A stretch of DNA of 64,000 bases from Anaeromyxobacteraceae bacterium (lineage in GTDB: Bacteria > Myxococcota > Myxococcia > Myxococcales > Anaeromyxobacteraceae), in assembly GCA_032654565.1 (NCBI GenBank), contig JAULAX010000015.1:224001-288000 (forward strand). The letters are read 5' to 3'. The notes under the pieces are model-generated. The model made no database searches, was not told the origin of the DNA, and worked only from the letters and a program-made list of their open reading frames with translations. This document shows, one piece after another, positions 41,648-49,258 of this stretch. Every line of letters begins with the position of its first letter. Positions within the stretch are counted from its first letter, which is position 1. Made by a program: the position numbers and the translations under genes.

Positions 41648-42337
41648 CTAAAACAGGTCCTTTTGCGGAAGCACGGCGGGCCTCGCTGCCTCAGGTCTCG
41701 TAACTTCCGGGTCTTCATGGATTCTGGCGAGTTCCACCCCTAGCCTTTTGCCGTACTTCGAATAGCGCTTCTCCATGTACGATACCTGCACCGGCGAAAC
41801 ACCAAAGAAGCATAGCTGGCCGAGTCTAACGCCTGGTGTGAGCTTCACTGGTAGCTTTCCGGAATTCATCAGTTCAAACGTCAGTGCCCCCTCAAACCCT
41901 GGATCTACGAAGCCGGCAGTTGCATGAATCTGGAGCCCGAGGCGCCCAAAGGAACTCCTACCCTCAATCCTCGCTGCAATATCGCGCGGGAGGCGGATAT
42001 ATTCCAGCGTGTGCGCCAGAGCGAATTCTCCCGGATGGAGGACGAAGTAGCCGTCTGGGGCTATCTGCCGCACCAAGGCATAGTTCGTCGTTTGTTCCTC
42101 GACGCTTTCCTTGCCAGCGCCAAGGTCGATGTGCGTGTTGCCGCTTGTCTTTGTGGTGACGAGTTCTGTGCCGAGCCTTACATCCAGCGAGCTCGGTCCT
42201 AGTTGAGCCCTAAGGTCGATCAGTGGGCTTACAAATATGCAGTCGTCGCCCTCTGCCACCAGACGCTCAAGAATCTCCATGTCTGACAGCATGACCAACT
42301 GCCTTTGGTTACCACTCGCGCCGCTTGGCTCGATCAT
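41648..42337 (-). CDS. dcd: dCTP deaminase (trimeric dUTPase-like fold)
   Basis: GPSSLDVRLG, LHPGEFAL, EGRSSFGRLGL, AGFVDPGFEG.LTFE, GQLCF, KY. Confidence 0.92.
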   Translation of the reverse strand: MIEPSGASGNQRQLVMLSDMEILERLVAEGDDCIFVSPLIDLRAQLGPSSLDVRLGTELVTTKTSGNTHIDLGAGKESVEEQTTNYALVRQIAPDGYFVLHPGEFALAHTLEYIRLPRDIAARIEGRSSFGRLGLQIHATAGFVDPGFEGALTFELMNSGKLPVKLTPGVRLGQLCFFGVSPVQVSYMEKRYSKYGKRLGVELARIHEDPEVTRPEAARPAVLPQKDLF

Positions 42338-42339
42338 GG

Positions 42340-43740
42340 CTACACCAGAGCGCTACCTTTTTTGAGTTGTCTTTGGATGCTGCTCGACCTAATGGAGCTA
42401 GCAAGAAGCGCGTCTAGCCGCGCCAGAGTGGCACAGTGTTCCTCTACATCCCTTCGCGTAATGGTCGGTCTATCGCAGAACGCCGAGAGAGCTTCGTGCC
42501 GGCGAAGAGCACCGGCGGTCAGAATCGTGCCCGGATCTAGAGGCTCCTCCGCGAACTTGTTGGCCAGCTTTTCAAATGCCTTCACTTGGTCCTGCCGCGC
42601 TGCAAATCCCTGACCCTTGTATGCCTTGATCTCGTCTCGTAGCTCTTTGCGCGGCAGTCCCTGCGCGCCGATTGGCAGGTTGGCCTCAAGCCGGATCTTG
42701 CATCTGGCGAGCGAGTCCCCGTTGCCATTGAAGGGCCTGAGGTCCAGGCGGTCCAAGTCGGCGTAGATCGCGTCCGCAAGTGGCGCTACCAACTCCCTGT
42801 ACATGCTGCTCGGCCTCTGCGCCTCCGCAGCCACCTGCGCCGACGGACCGAGATACTGGGAGAGGCTTTCTACCGCAGACGGGTATTCGTCGAACTCCTC
42901 GCCTGCGATGTCTGCCAGAAGGCGGGCGTGAGTCTTCACTGCGTTCAGGCGCCAACTCGTCGCAGGATAGGCTTTGCTGTACGCATCCGTCGGTCTGCCA
43001 GGTACTAGACAATAGGACATGCTAACTAGAGCTAGCAGCGCCGCCGGCCCCAGTACCCGAGAAGCGATAGCATCGGCCGCCAATTCGCGGGACCAATTCG
43101 TCAGCATATCTCGACTTTGAGGCGCCGCCCTAGCGAACTTCGACATAGCCCGCTTCGAGAGTTCGGCTTTGTTGTCGATCGCGTGGCCCAACTCGTGGGC
43201 AAGTATCGACCACGCCAACGGCGAGTCGTGGTCGCAAATGGCCAGCAGCAGAACGATGTTTTTCTCGAGGCCCTGGGCGAACTGTTGGAAGCCTGGAATC
43301 TGGCTCACAATCTCTTCTGCGAAATCAAACTCGAACGCGTTGAATACGCTGCCGAGCATGACCGCTGGGTGTTGCTGGAGATAGTGGTCCCCAAATGAGT
43401 GCTCCAACGACGCCAACGCCTCTGGAGCCACCCGCAAGCGAGGAAGGTATGTGAGAAGCTCATGGGTCTTCGAGAACCATGTGGAGAAGGCAGCGAGATC
43501 CCCGTACACACCGGCCAGATGATGTGTTGTGGGCAACAGAGATAGCTGGCGCGCGCTCTCGAAGGACTCGATGACAACGTCCTCTATTGATCGGAGAGCC
43601 GACCGAATAGTCGCAGCAACCTGGGCGTATTCTCCGTTTTCGCCAGGCCCTACTCGCTTTAGGTAACGTTGGATTCTAGCGCTTCGCTCAAACAGCTCTG
43701 CGGCAATGCGCTTGAGAACTCTAAGCGAGTCTTCCGGCAT
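42340..43740 (-). CDS. HExxH metallopeptidase-like protein
   Basis: LAHELGHAI followed by WSRELAADAIA (zincin-type third-ligand ExxAD); start overlaps upstream gene. Confidence 0.65.
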   Translation of the reverse strand: MPEDSLRVLKRIAAELFERSARIQRYLKRVGPGENGEYAQVAATIRSALRSIEDVVIESFESARQLSLLPTTHHLAGVYGDLAAFSTWFSKTHELLTYLPRLRVAPEALASLEHSFGDHYLQQHPAVMLGSVFNAFEFDFAEEIVSQIPGFQQFAQGLEKNIVLLLAICDHDSPLAWSILAHELGHAIDNKAELSKRAMSKFARAAPQSRDMLTNWSRELAADAIASRVLGPAALLALVSMSYCLVPGRPTDAYSKAYPATSWRLNAVKTHARLLADIAGEEFDEYPSAVESLSQYLGPSAQVAAEAQRPSSMYRELVAPLADAIYADLDRLDLRPFNGNGDSLARCKIRLEANLPIGAQGLPRKELRDEIKAYKGQGFAARQDQVKAFEKLANKFAEEPLDPGTILTAGALRRHEALSAFCDRPTITRRDVEEHCATLARLDALLASSIRSSSIQRQLKKGSALV

Positions 43741-44179
43741 GAGCGCCAAGCTCGCTGTGCTGGTTCAGGCCGATTGCCCTGAGGCGAAGCGTATGCAGCG
43801 TGTCCCTGAGAGAGCTCGCCGCCGTCTTCGACAGGCTGCGAGTTGAGGCGAGTTCGCCTAGCTGGGATGCGAGTCTTTCGGCGATCTCAAGGTTGTCCAA
43901 GAGTACAGGCGAGACAACGCGTGCCACACTCTCAAGCGCTGCTTCAAGGTCGCGGCGGAGCTTTGGTTCGCGAATAACGTCCGCAGGGAGCTTCCACCCC
44001 CCCCGATACCTGTCCGCGACTTCCTTGCAGTGGGTCGCAAGAAGGGCAACCGCCTTGAGCTCTTCACCGGAAGGGGGGACTTGGGCTTCCACCTTGAGTG
44101 CGGCGTGGGTGGCTCGTCCTATCCAGAGGTCGACAGCAAGCGGGCTCGGAGACCCCTCGGTTTGCCACGATGCAGGCAT
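43721..44179 (-). CDS. Hypothetical helical protein (about 152 aa)
   Basis: GGAGG before ATG 44179; stop overlaps start of the HExxH gene. Confidence 0.6.
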   Translation of the reverse strand: MPASWQTEGSPSPLAVDLWIGRATHAALKVEAQVPPSGEELKAVALLATHCKEVADRYRGGWKLPADVIREPKLRRDLEAALESVARVVSPVLLDNLEIAERLASQLGELASTRSLSKTAASSLRDTLHTLRLRAIGLNQHSELGAHAGRLA

Positions 44180-44369
44180 GCCGCCCTCCAAGGATGATCA
44201 GGCGACTCAAATTGCCAGACGCCGCAGGAAAGTCAAGATATTTGAACGGTTACGCTCCCGAAACCAAGCGCGATGTGGTCTGGTGATCCGCCCCGCCGGT
44301 TGGCGCCGGTACTACCGCGGGTTTGATGCGGCGTGCGTGATCGAAGTGGTTGGGCGTCTGGGCTCCTAT

Positions 44370-44685
44370 TAGCGTCCAGCTGAGTGGTGTACGGAGCTGA
44401 CCGCGAGAAGGGCGGCCTCCGCGTCATCCTTGAGGACGCCCTAGCCGGGTGATTTCCGGCAGGGAGAAGACGACGGCCGCCTCGGCCTGCATCGATGCGA
44501 TTGACTGGCTTCGCAAGCAGATCGAGGAGACGGCGACGGATCCGCTGAATACCGTGCTCACGACGATGGTCCGCGCGCTGATGAGCGCCAAAGTCGACGC
44601 CGTCCGCGGCGCCGGCTACGGCGAGCGGCACCACGACCGGGCCAACAGCCGCAACGGCTACCGAGGGACGCCGTGGGACACGCGG
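44370..44685 (+). pseudogene. IS256-family left end and transposase N-terminal fragment
   Basis: ALMSA.VDAV.GA.YGER...R.NSRNGYR...WDTR; likely start codon reads ACG. Upstream cgtccag..gtggtgtacgg resembles IS1081-type ends as recalled. Confidence 0.8.
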
Positions 44686-44911
44686 ATGCTGGAGCGGGTC
44701 TACGGCCGGCAGACGCCGGAGCAGTTGGCGGGGCTCATGGCGCGGGCGAAGAGCATTAGCATCGTATCAGCCACCTCGGGTTCGGCTGGATCCAGTGGAC
44801 CGGGTGACTCCACCGCTCGCCCGCCATATAGGGGTGGACAGGACGCTTCCGCCCCGAGTACGGGTTTATGATACTCTTAGCCAAAGATTGCCTATCAAAG
44901 GGGGACGACAA

Positions 44912-45568
44912 GTGGCTCTTCAGCCCGTTTACTTGGTTGCTGCGAAGAACCTTGGACCCTTCCTTGAGGCGCTCCGCCGTGCTCAGGCGCCTGAGAAGGT
45001 CGCGCTCAAGGTTCTCGAGAGTCTTGGATTCAAGAGTACGAACGACCGGCTATTCATTCCACTCCTAAAGGCGATGAAGTTCGTCGATGAGGCCGGCAAG
45101 CCGACTGCGCGCTACCATTCGTTTCTGGATGATACAGTCTGGAAGCGCGTGCTTGCGGATGGCGTTCGCGACGCCTACTCGGACCTCTTCAGGATCAACC
45201 GGACGGCCCACACGCTCTCGCGCGAGCAGCTGACCGGCAAGCTCAAGAGCCTCGGCGAAGGGAAGCTGTCGCCTGCAATTCTGGCGAACACCACTAAGAC
45301 GTTCCTCGAACTCGTCAAGTTGGCGGATTTCTCTGCTCTCCCATCGCCGTCAGGTACCGCGCCGACCGACGAGACCGAGAAGGCGGCGGACGAATATGTC
45401 GAGACACCCGCCACTGGCTACCCACCCGCGCCTTGCGTTCAGGCGTCTGCGCTTCCGGGTTTCGCACCCTCGCTCGTTTATCGCATCGAGATCGTGCTTC
45501 CGGCAGTTCGGGACCAGGCGGTCTACGACGCGATCTTCCGCAGCGTACGGGAGCACCTCCTTCGGTGA
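44912..45568 (+). CDS. DUF5343-like protein
   Basis: AQAPEK, LESLGFKSTNDR..IPLLK...FVD..GKPT.RY, AYSDLF, IEIVLP....AVYDAIF; RBS aaggggga. Confidence 0.75.
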   Translation: MALQPVYLVAAKNLGPFLEALRRAQAPEKVALKVLESLGFKSTNDRLFIPLLKAMKFVDEAGKPTARYHSFLDDTVWKRVLADGVRDAYSDLFRINRTAHTLSREQLTGKLKSLGEGKLSPAILANTTKTFLELVKLADFSALPSPSGTAPTDETEKAADEYVETPATGYPPAPCVQASALPGFAPSLVYRIEIVLPAVRDQAVYDAIFRSVREHLLR

Positions 45569-46152
45569 GTTCGACAATGGACCTCTACTCATTTGTTTAC
45601 CGAGGTGTTCTGGCAGAGGAAGCAGTGGAGAAGGCGCTTCCAGCACGCGCGGCCACCGGGGAGTTGAATCTGCCCGAGATGGACATCCAGCGTCGATTGC
45701 CTCTCGAGATCCTCGATGATGCCCTCGTGGCGTCCGCCAAGAAGATGGCATGGGTGTATACGGCGATCGCCGCGTTTGAGAACGGTGTTAGAGGGTTTAT
45801 CGAGGAGCGCCTTCTTGAGAAAGTCGGCGCCACTTGGTGGGATACTGCTGTCTCCGCCGCGATCAAGGGTGACGCAGAGAAGAGAAGGAAGGACGAGGAG
45901 CAGATCCGCTGGCACGGTTCGCGCGGGAGTTCCCACCTTGCATACGTTCAACTCGAAGACTTGGCAGTCATCGTCCAGAACAACCATCAGCACTTCAAGG
46001 ATCTGATCCCCAGTATTGAGTGGGCCCGGGAGATCTTCCGCACATTGACGCGGTCGCGAAACGTGATCATGCACAGCGGGCAATTGACACTGGCCGATGT
46101 CGAGCGCGTCGCCATGAATATCCGCGATTGGATTCGCCAAGTCGGTGGGTGA
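45565..46152 (+). CDS. Swt1-like HEPN domain protein (putative RNase)
   Basis: FENGVRGFI, WWD, RNVIMH (RxxxxH). GTG overlaps upstream TGA; alternative ATG at 45577. Confidence 0.8.
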   Translation: MSSTMDLYSFVYRGVLAEEAVEKALPARAATGELNLPEMDIQRRLPLEILDDALVASAKKMAWVYTAIAAFENGVRGFIEERLLEKVGATWWDTAVSAAIKGDAEKRRKDEEQIRWHGSRGSSHLAYVQLEDLAVIVQNNHQHFKDLIPSIEWAREIFRTLTRSRNVIMHSGQLTLADVERVAMNIRDWIRQVGG

Positions 46153-46201
46153 CGGCTACACGGGCAGCTGCGGCCGGCACCTTCGTCAATCCGGCGCCCT
46201 T

Positions 46202-46352
46202 CCTGAAGGGTGGACCAACGACTAGTAGCCGCAGAAATGAGCTCGCTGGTCCGCGCGGACCAACTCGCACATTTTCGGCGAGGGGCTTCCTGGTCCACAT
46301 GGACCGGCGCGGGGGTCGGTGTGGAATTCGCGCTGCTGGTCCGCGCGGACCA
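46202..46352. repeat. Array of palindromic TGGTCC-N4-GGACCA units, about 45-bp period
   Basis: Copies at 46247, 46291 and 46337, plus in-phase half-site ggacca at 46212. Confidence 0.7.
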
Positions 46353-46804
46353 GCACGCGGTTTTCTGAGACAACGCGCGTTGACCCCTGTCACCGCGGGT
46401 GTCCTCTCACAAGGACAGGATTGGGAACGACCCGGGTGGCGGGGTTGAGCACGACCTTCGGCCCGTAAGCCATCGAAACGAGGGCCTCAGCCCCGCCGCC
46501 ACCGAGCTGACAACGGCGCGAGGTGAGGCCCGCCAACTGCCCGACCCCACTCCCCCAGAGACCTGGATAGTGGGGTCGGGCAGTTGGTGGGCAGGGAGGA
46601 GAGTTCTTGGGAGGCGGTGGGGCAAAGGTGAGGAATTGGAACGGTCATCTCGGTTCGGGTCCAGGTCTGTGGGATGGAGTCATGGATTCAAGTTCAAACC
46701 AGAAACGACACATGTGGGACGGGCGGCTGTGTTGCAGAGCATCGAGCGTGTCTGTACATTAAGATAGTCATGAGTCTGACACAGAAGACTGGAGGGGGCG
46801 AGCG

Positions 46805-47143
46805 ATGGCATCGAGGAAGGCGGCTGTGACGGGTCGCGACATGCTGACGACCGAGAAGATCATGCAGACCTTCCGGATGCCGAAGGAGCTGGTGGCGGGA
46901 CTCCGGGCCGAGGCGGACCGGAAGGGGCTCGACCTCACGGCGCTCGTCGTCAAGCTGACCAACGCCTTCCTCGACGACTTCGGCCTCCCGGAGGCGGCGA
47001 CGACGGTCCTCGACGAGGACCGGGCGGCGCTCAGGATGGACCGGTACACCTACCTGCTCCACCTGCTCTTCCAGCGGAGCCTGGCCGTCCGGGACCAGGG
47101 GCCTGGCTTCGATGCCCCGGGCAAGGGACGGAAGGGGCGCTAG
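46805..47143 (+). CDS. Ribbon-helix-helix/CopG-like DNA-binding protein
   Basis: GGAGG RBS; IMQTFRMPKELVAGLRAEADRKGLDLTALV fits an RHH strand-helix-helix pattern. Confidence 0.65.
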   Translation: MASRKAAVTGRDMLTTEKIMQTFRMPKELVAGLRAEADRKGLDLTALVVKLTNAFLDDFGLPEAATTVLDEDRAALRMDRYTYLLHLLFQRSLAVRDQGPGFDAPGKGRKGR

Positions 47144-47566
47144 GTGATCCCTGCTGGCGCGATTCCCGGTAAGTCACGCCTCGTGAAGAGGTTCTGGCTC
47201 TTCCTGTGGGCGCCGGTGTTGACGATGCTGATTGGCCTCCCGCTGGCGGAAGGGCCCTTCTCAGGTGACCCGCGTGGCCTGTGGGCCCCCTACACCCTGA
47301 TCGCTCTCCCCTTCTACGTAGGCATCGTCGCAGCTCCGGGCTACCTCGCGGCCTTGCTGACTGATCCGGCGTGGCTTCACGCGACGCAGTGGCGGAGGCT
47401 TTGGATCCGGCTCAGCCTTGGAATGACCCTGCTGTGCGCGGCAGCCGCCACGGCCGGTGGTTTGGTCATGGTTCTCTTCCTGGTCCCCGCCCTGTGGACC
47501 CTCGTCGGAACCGTCGTTGTCTGGCGGCTTTTTGAGCGCGCTGGCCGAGAGGCCGGCGGAGGCTGA
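47144..47566 (+). CDS. Small membrane protein (about 4 TM)
   Basis: Hydrophobic ORF filling the gap between the RHH gene and the xis-like start. Confidence 0.55.
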   Translation: MIPAGAIPGKSRLVKRFWLFLWAPVLTMLIGLPLAEGPFSGDPRGLWAPYTLIALPFYVGIVAAPGYLAALLTDPAWLHATQWRRLWIRLSLGMTLLCAAAATAGGLVMVLFLVPALWTLVGTVVVWRLFERAGREAGGG

Positions 47567-47567
47567 C

Positions 47568-49079
47568 GTGGACCTCGACACCGGCAAGATCCGGCTCGGG
47601 CTGGTCACGATGTGGGTCTCGGCCACCGAGGTCCGGCGCGCGCTGGGTTGCTCCAGGGCGGCCGCCTACGAGCACCTGCACCGCGCCGCAGGGCGCCAGC
47701 CGGGCGTCCACGGCCTGCTCAGGGTCCCGTTACATGTCTGGGAGTCGTACGTCGCGGAGGTGTTCGCATGCGGGTCTTCAAGCGCGGGCGGGTCTGGTAC
47801 GCCCTGGTTCTACGAGGACGGAGTCCGGGTCCAGCGGTCCACCCAGTGCCACGACCGCAAGGCCGCCGAGGTCCGCGCCCGGGAGTTCGAGCGGGACGCC
47901 GCCGATCCCGCCCACGCAGCCGCGGCCAAGGCGAGCCTGAGCGACGCGCTGCAGCTCCTGCTCACCCAACGGCGCGAGCAGGCGGCCGCCGGCCGGCGCA
48001 GCTTCGAGACGGTCCACTTCTACGAGACCAAGGCCGGCCACTTCGTCCGCCTCCTGGAGACGGCCGAGGACGGCTCCTACGCCCCCTTCCCGCTCGCCAG
48101 CCTCCAGGCGCGCCACGTGGACGCCTACATCTCGCAGCGCCGCTCCGAGGGGGTGCGGGAGGCCACCATCGCCAAGGAGCTGGTGACGCTCCGGGCCGCG
48201 CTCAAGGCCGCGGTCCGCGCCGGCCTCTGGTTCGGGAACCCGGCCGCGGTCCTCCCCATCGCTTTCGCGCCCGAGTACCGGCCACGCGACCGGTTCCTCA
48301 CGCCGGCCGAGCTCACGAAGGTCCTCGGCGCGCTGCTGGCCGACCAGGCCGCCCGGGTGGCCTTCATCGTGGCTACCAGCGCCTGCTGGGGCGAGTCGTG
48401 CCGGGCCATGCGGGTGGATGTCACCGAGGGGCTCTCGGCGGTCTTCATCCGCGGGACCAAGCGCAGCACACGGCTGCGAACCGTTCCCATCGTCGGCGAG
48501 ACCTCGCGGTCGCTGCTGGAGTACGCGCTCACCTACGCGGCCGGCGACGACGGCCTGATCTTCCGGTCCTGGTCGAACGTGCGCCGCGACCTGCACGCCG
48601 CCTGCGTCGCGGTGGGGATCCCGCCCTGCTCGCCCAACGACCTGCGGCGCACCTGCGCCACCTGGCTGCGGGCGGCCGGTGCCTCCCCCGACCTCATCGC
48701 GCCGGTGCTCGGACACGCCGACACGAGGATGGTCGAGCGGGTCTACGGTCGGCTGCCCCTCGAGGACCTCCGGAGGCAGCTCGCTCACGCCATCGGGGCA
48801 GATTGCAGCGCCGGTGCAGCAGAACCGCCGGGAAACGCCATCCAGGACTGCAGCGCCGGTGCAACAGAGCGAGTGGAAAAGGGCGATTTCAGCGGATCTG
48901 CTGGACCAGGTGGACTCGAAGCCGATGACGACCTCGGCGCCACCTCGACGCCCGAAAACAAGAGGCCCCGCGAGAACTTGCGTTCGCGCGGGGCCGAGAT
49001 GTCGGACGAGATGAAAGTGCCTGGACCCGGAATCGAACCAGGGACACGGGGATTTTCAGTCCCCTGCTCTACCAGCTGA
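47568..49079 (+). CDS. int: Xis-like HTH fused in frame (via extra base at about 47804) to tyrosine integrase; probably defective
   Basis: HTH SATEVRRALGCSRAAAYEHL; integrase motifs TSACWGE, GTK, NDLRRT, LGH, VYG. A separate GGAGG+ATG at 47768 (MRVFKRGRVWYA) is out of frame by one base. Confidence 0.85.
   Translation: MDLDTGKIRLGLVTMWVSATEVRRALGCSRAAAYEHLHRAAGRQPGVHGLLRVPLHVWESYVAEVFACGSSSAGGSGTPWFYEDGVRVQRSTQCHDRKAAEVRAREFERDAADPAHAAAAKASLSDALQLLLTQRREQAAAGRRSFETVHFYETKAGHFVRLLETAEDGSYAPFPLASLQARHVDAYISQRRSEGVREATIAKELVTLRAALKAAVRAGLWFGNPAAVLPIAFAPEYRPRDRFLTPAELTKVLGALLADQAARVAFIVATSACWGESCRAMRVDVTEGLSAVFIRGTKRSTRLRTVPIVGETSRSLLEYALTYAAGDDGLIFRSWSNVRRDLHAACVAVGIPPCSPNDLRRTCATWLRAAGASPDLIAPVLGHADTRMVERVYGRLPLEDLRRQLAHAIGADCSAGAAEPPGNAIQDCSAGATERVEKGDFSGSAGPGGLEADDDLGATSTPENKRPRENLRSRGAEMSDEMKVPGPGIEPGTRGFSVPCSTS
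48955..48995 (-). terminator. Rho-independent terminator downstream of tRNA-Phe
   Basis: ggccccgcgagaac/gttcgcgcggggcc stem followed on the minus strand by tcttgtttt. Confidence 0.7.
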
Positions 49080-49090
49080 GCTATCCAGGC
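49018..49090 (-). tRNA. tRNA-Phe (GAA), CCA not encoded
   Basis: GCCTGGATAGCTCAGCTGGTAGAGCAGGGGACTGAAAATCCCCGTGTCCCTGGTTCGATTCCGGGTCCAGGCA folds as a cloverleaf. Confidence 0.97.
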
Positions 49091-49258
49091 GTGCGGCGCG
49101 CCCCCGGCGGTTCAGCCGAGGGCGGTGCGTTTTACGATCACGGGCCCCGGGATGCAACCCCGCTGCGCCCTCCCCGGGGTCCCGGCCGACTCGGCCGACC
49201 GGCGGCCCGGCGGGCTGGCGCGCCGGTGGCCGGCGCCCGGCCCATCCCCACCGCCCGC

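Larger units (their letters stand above)
39842..49059. mobile_element. Integrative element (about 9.1 kb) inserted at tRNA-Phe
   Basis: 97-bp direct repeats at both ends (offset 9121), tyrosine integrase abutting the tRNA, visibly lower GC cargo from about 40.0 to 46.8 kb. Confidence 0.9.

Noticed and set aside
44275..44345. Possible further IS end (tgatccgcccc...)
   Set aside because: Resemblance is only vague; no matching inverted repeat or transposase found.
46202..46352. Canonical CRISPR array
   Set aside because: Repeats are only 16 bp, there are 3-4 degenerate copies, and no cas genes are present. Kept only as an unexplained array.
39842..49059. Prophage
   Set aside because: No capsid, terminase, tail, replication or conjugation genes recognised.
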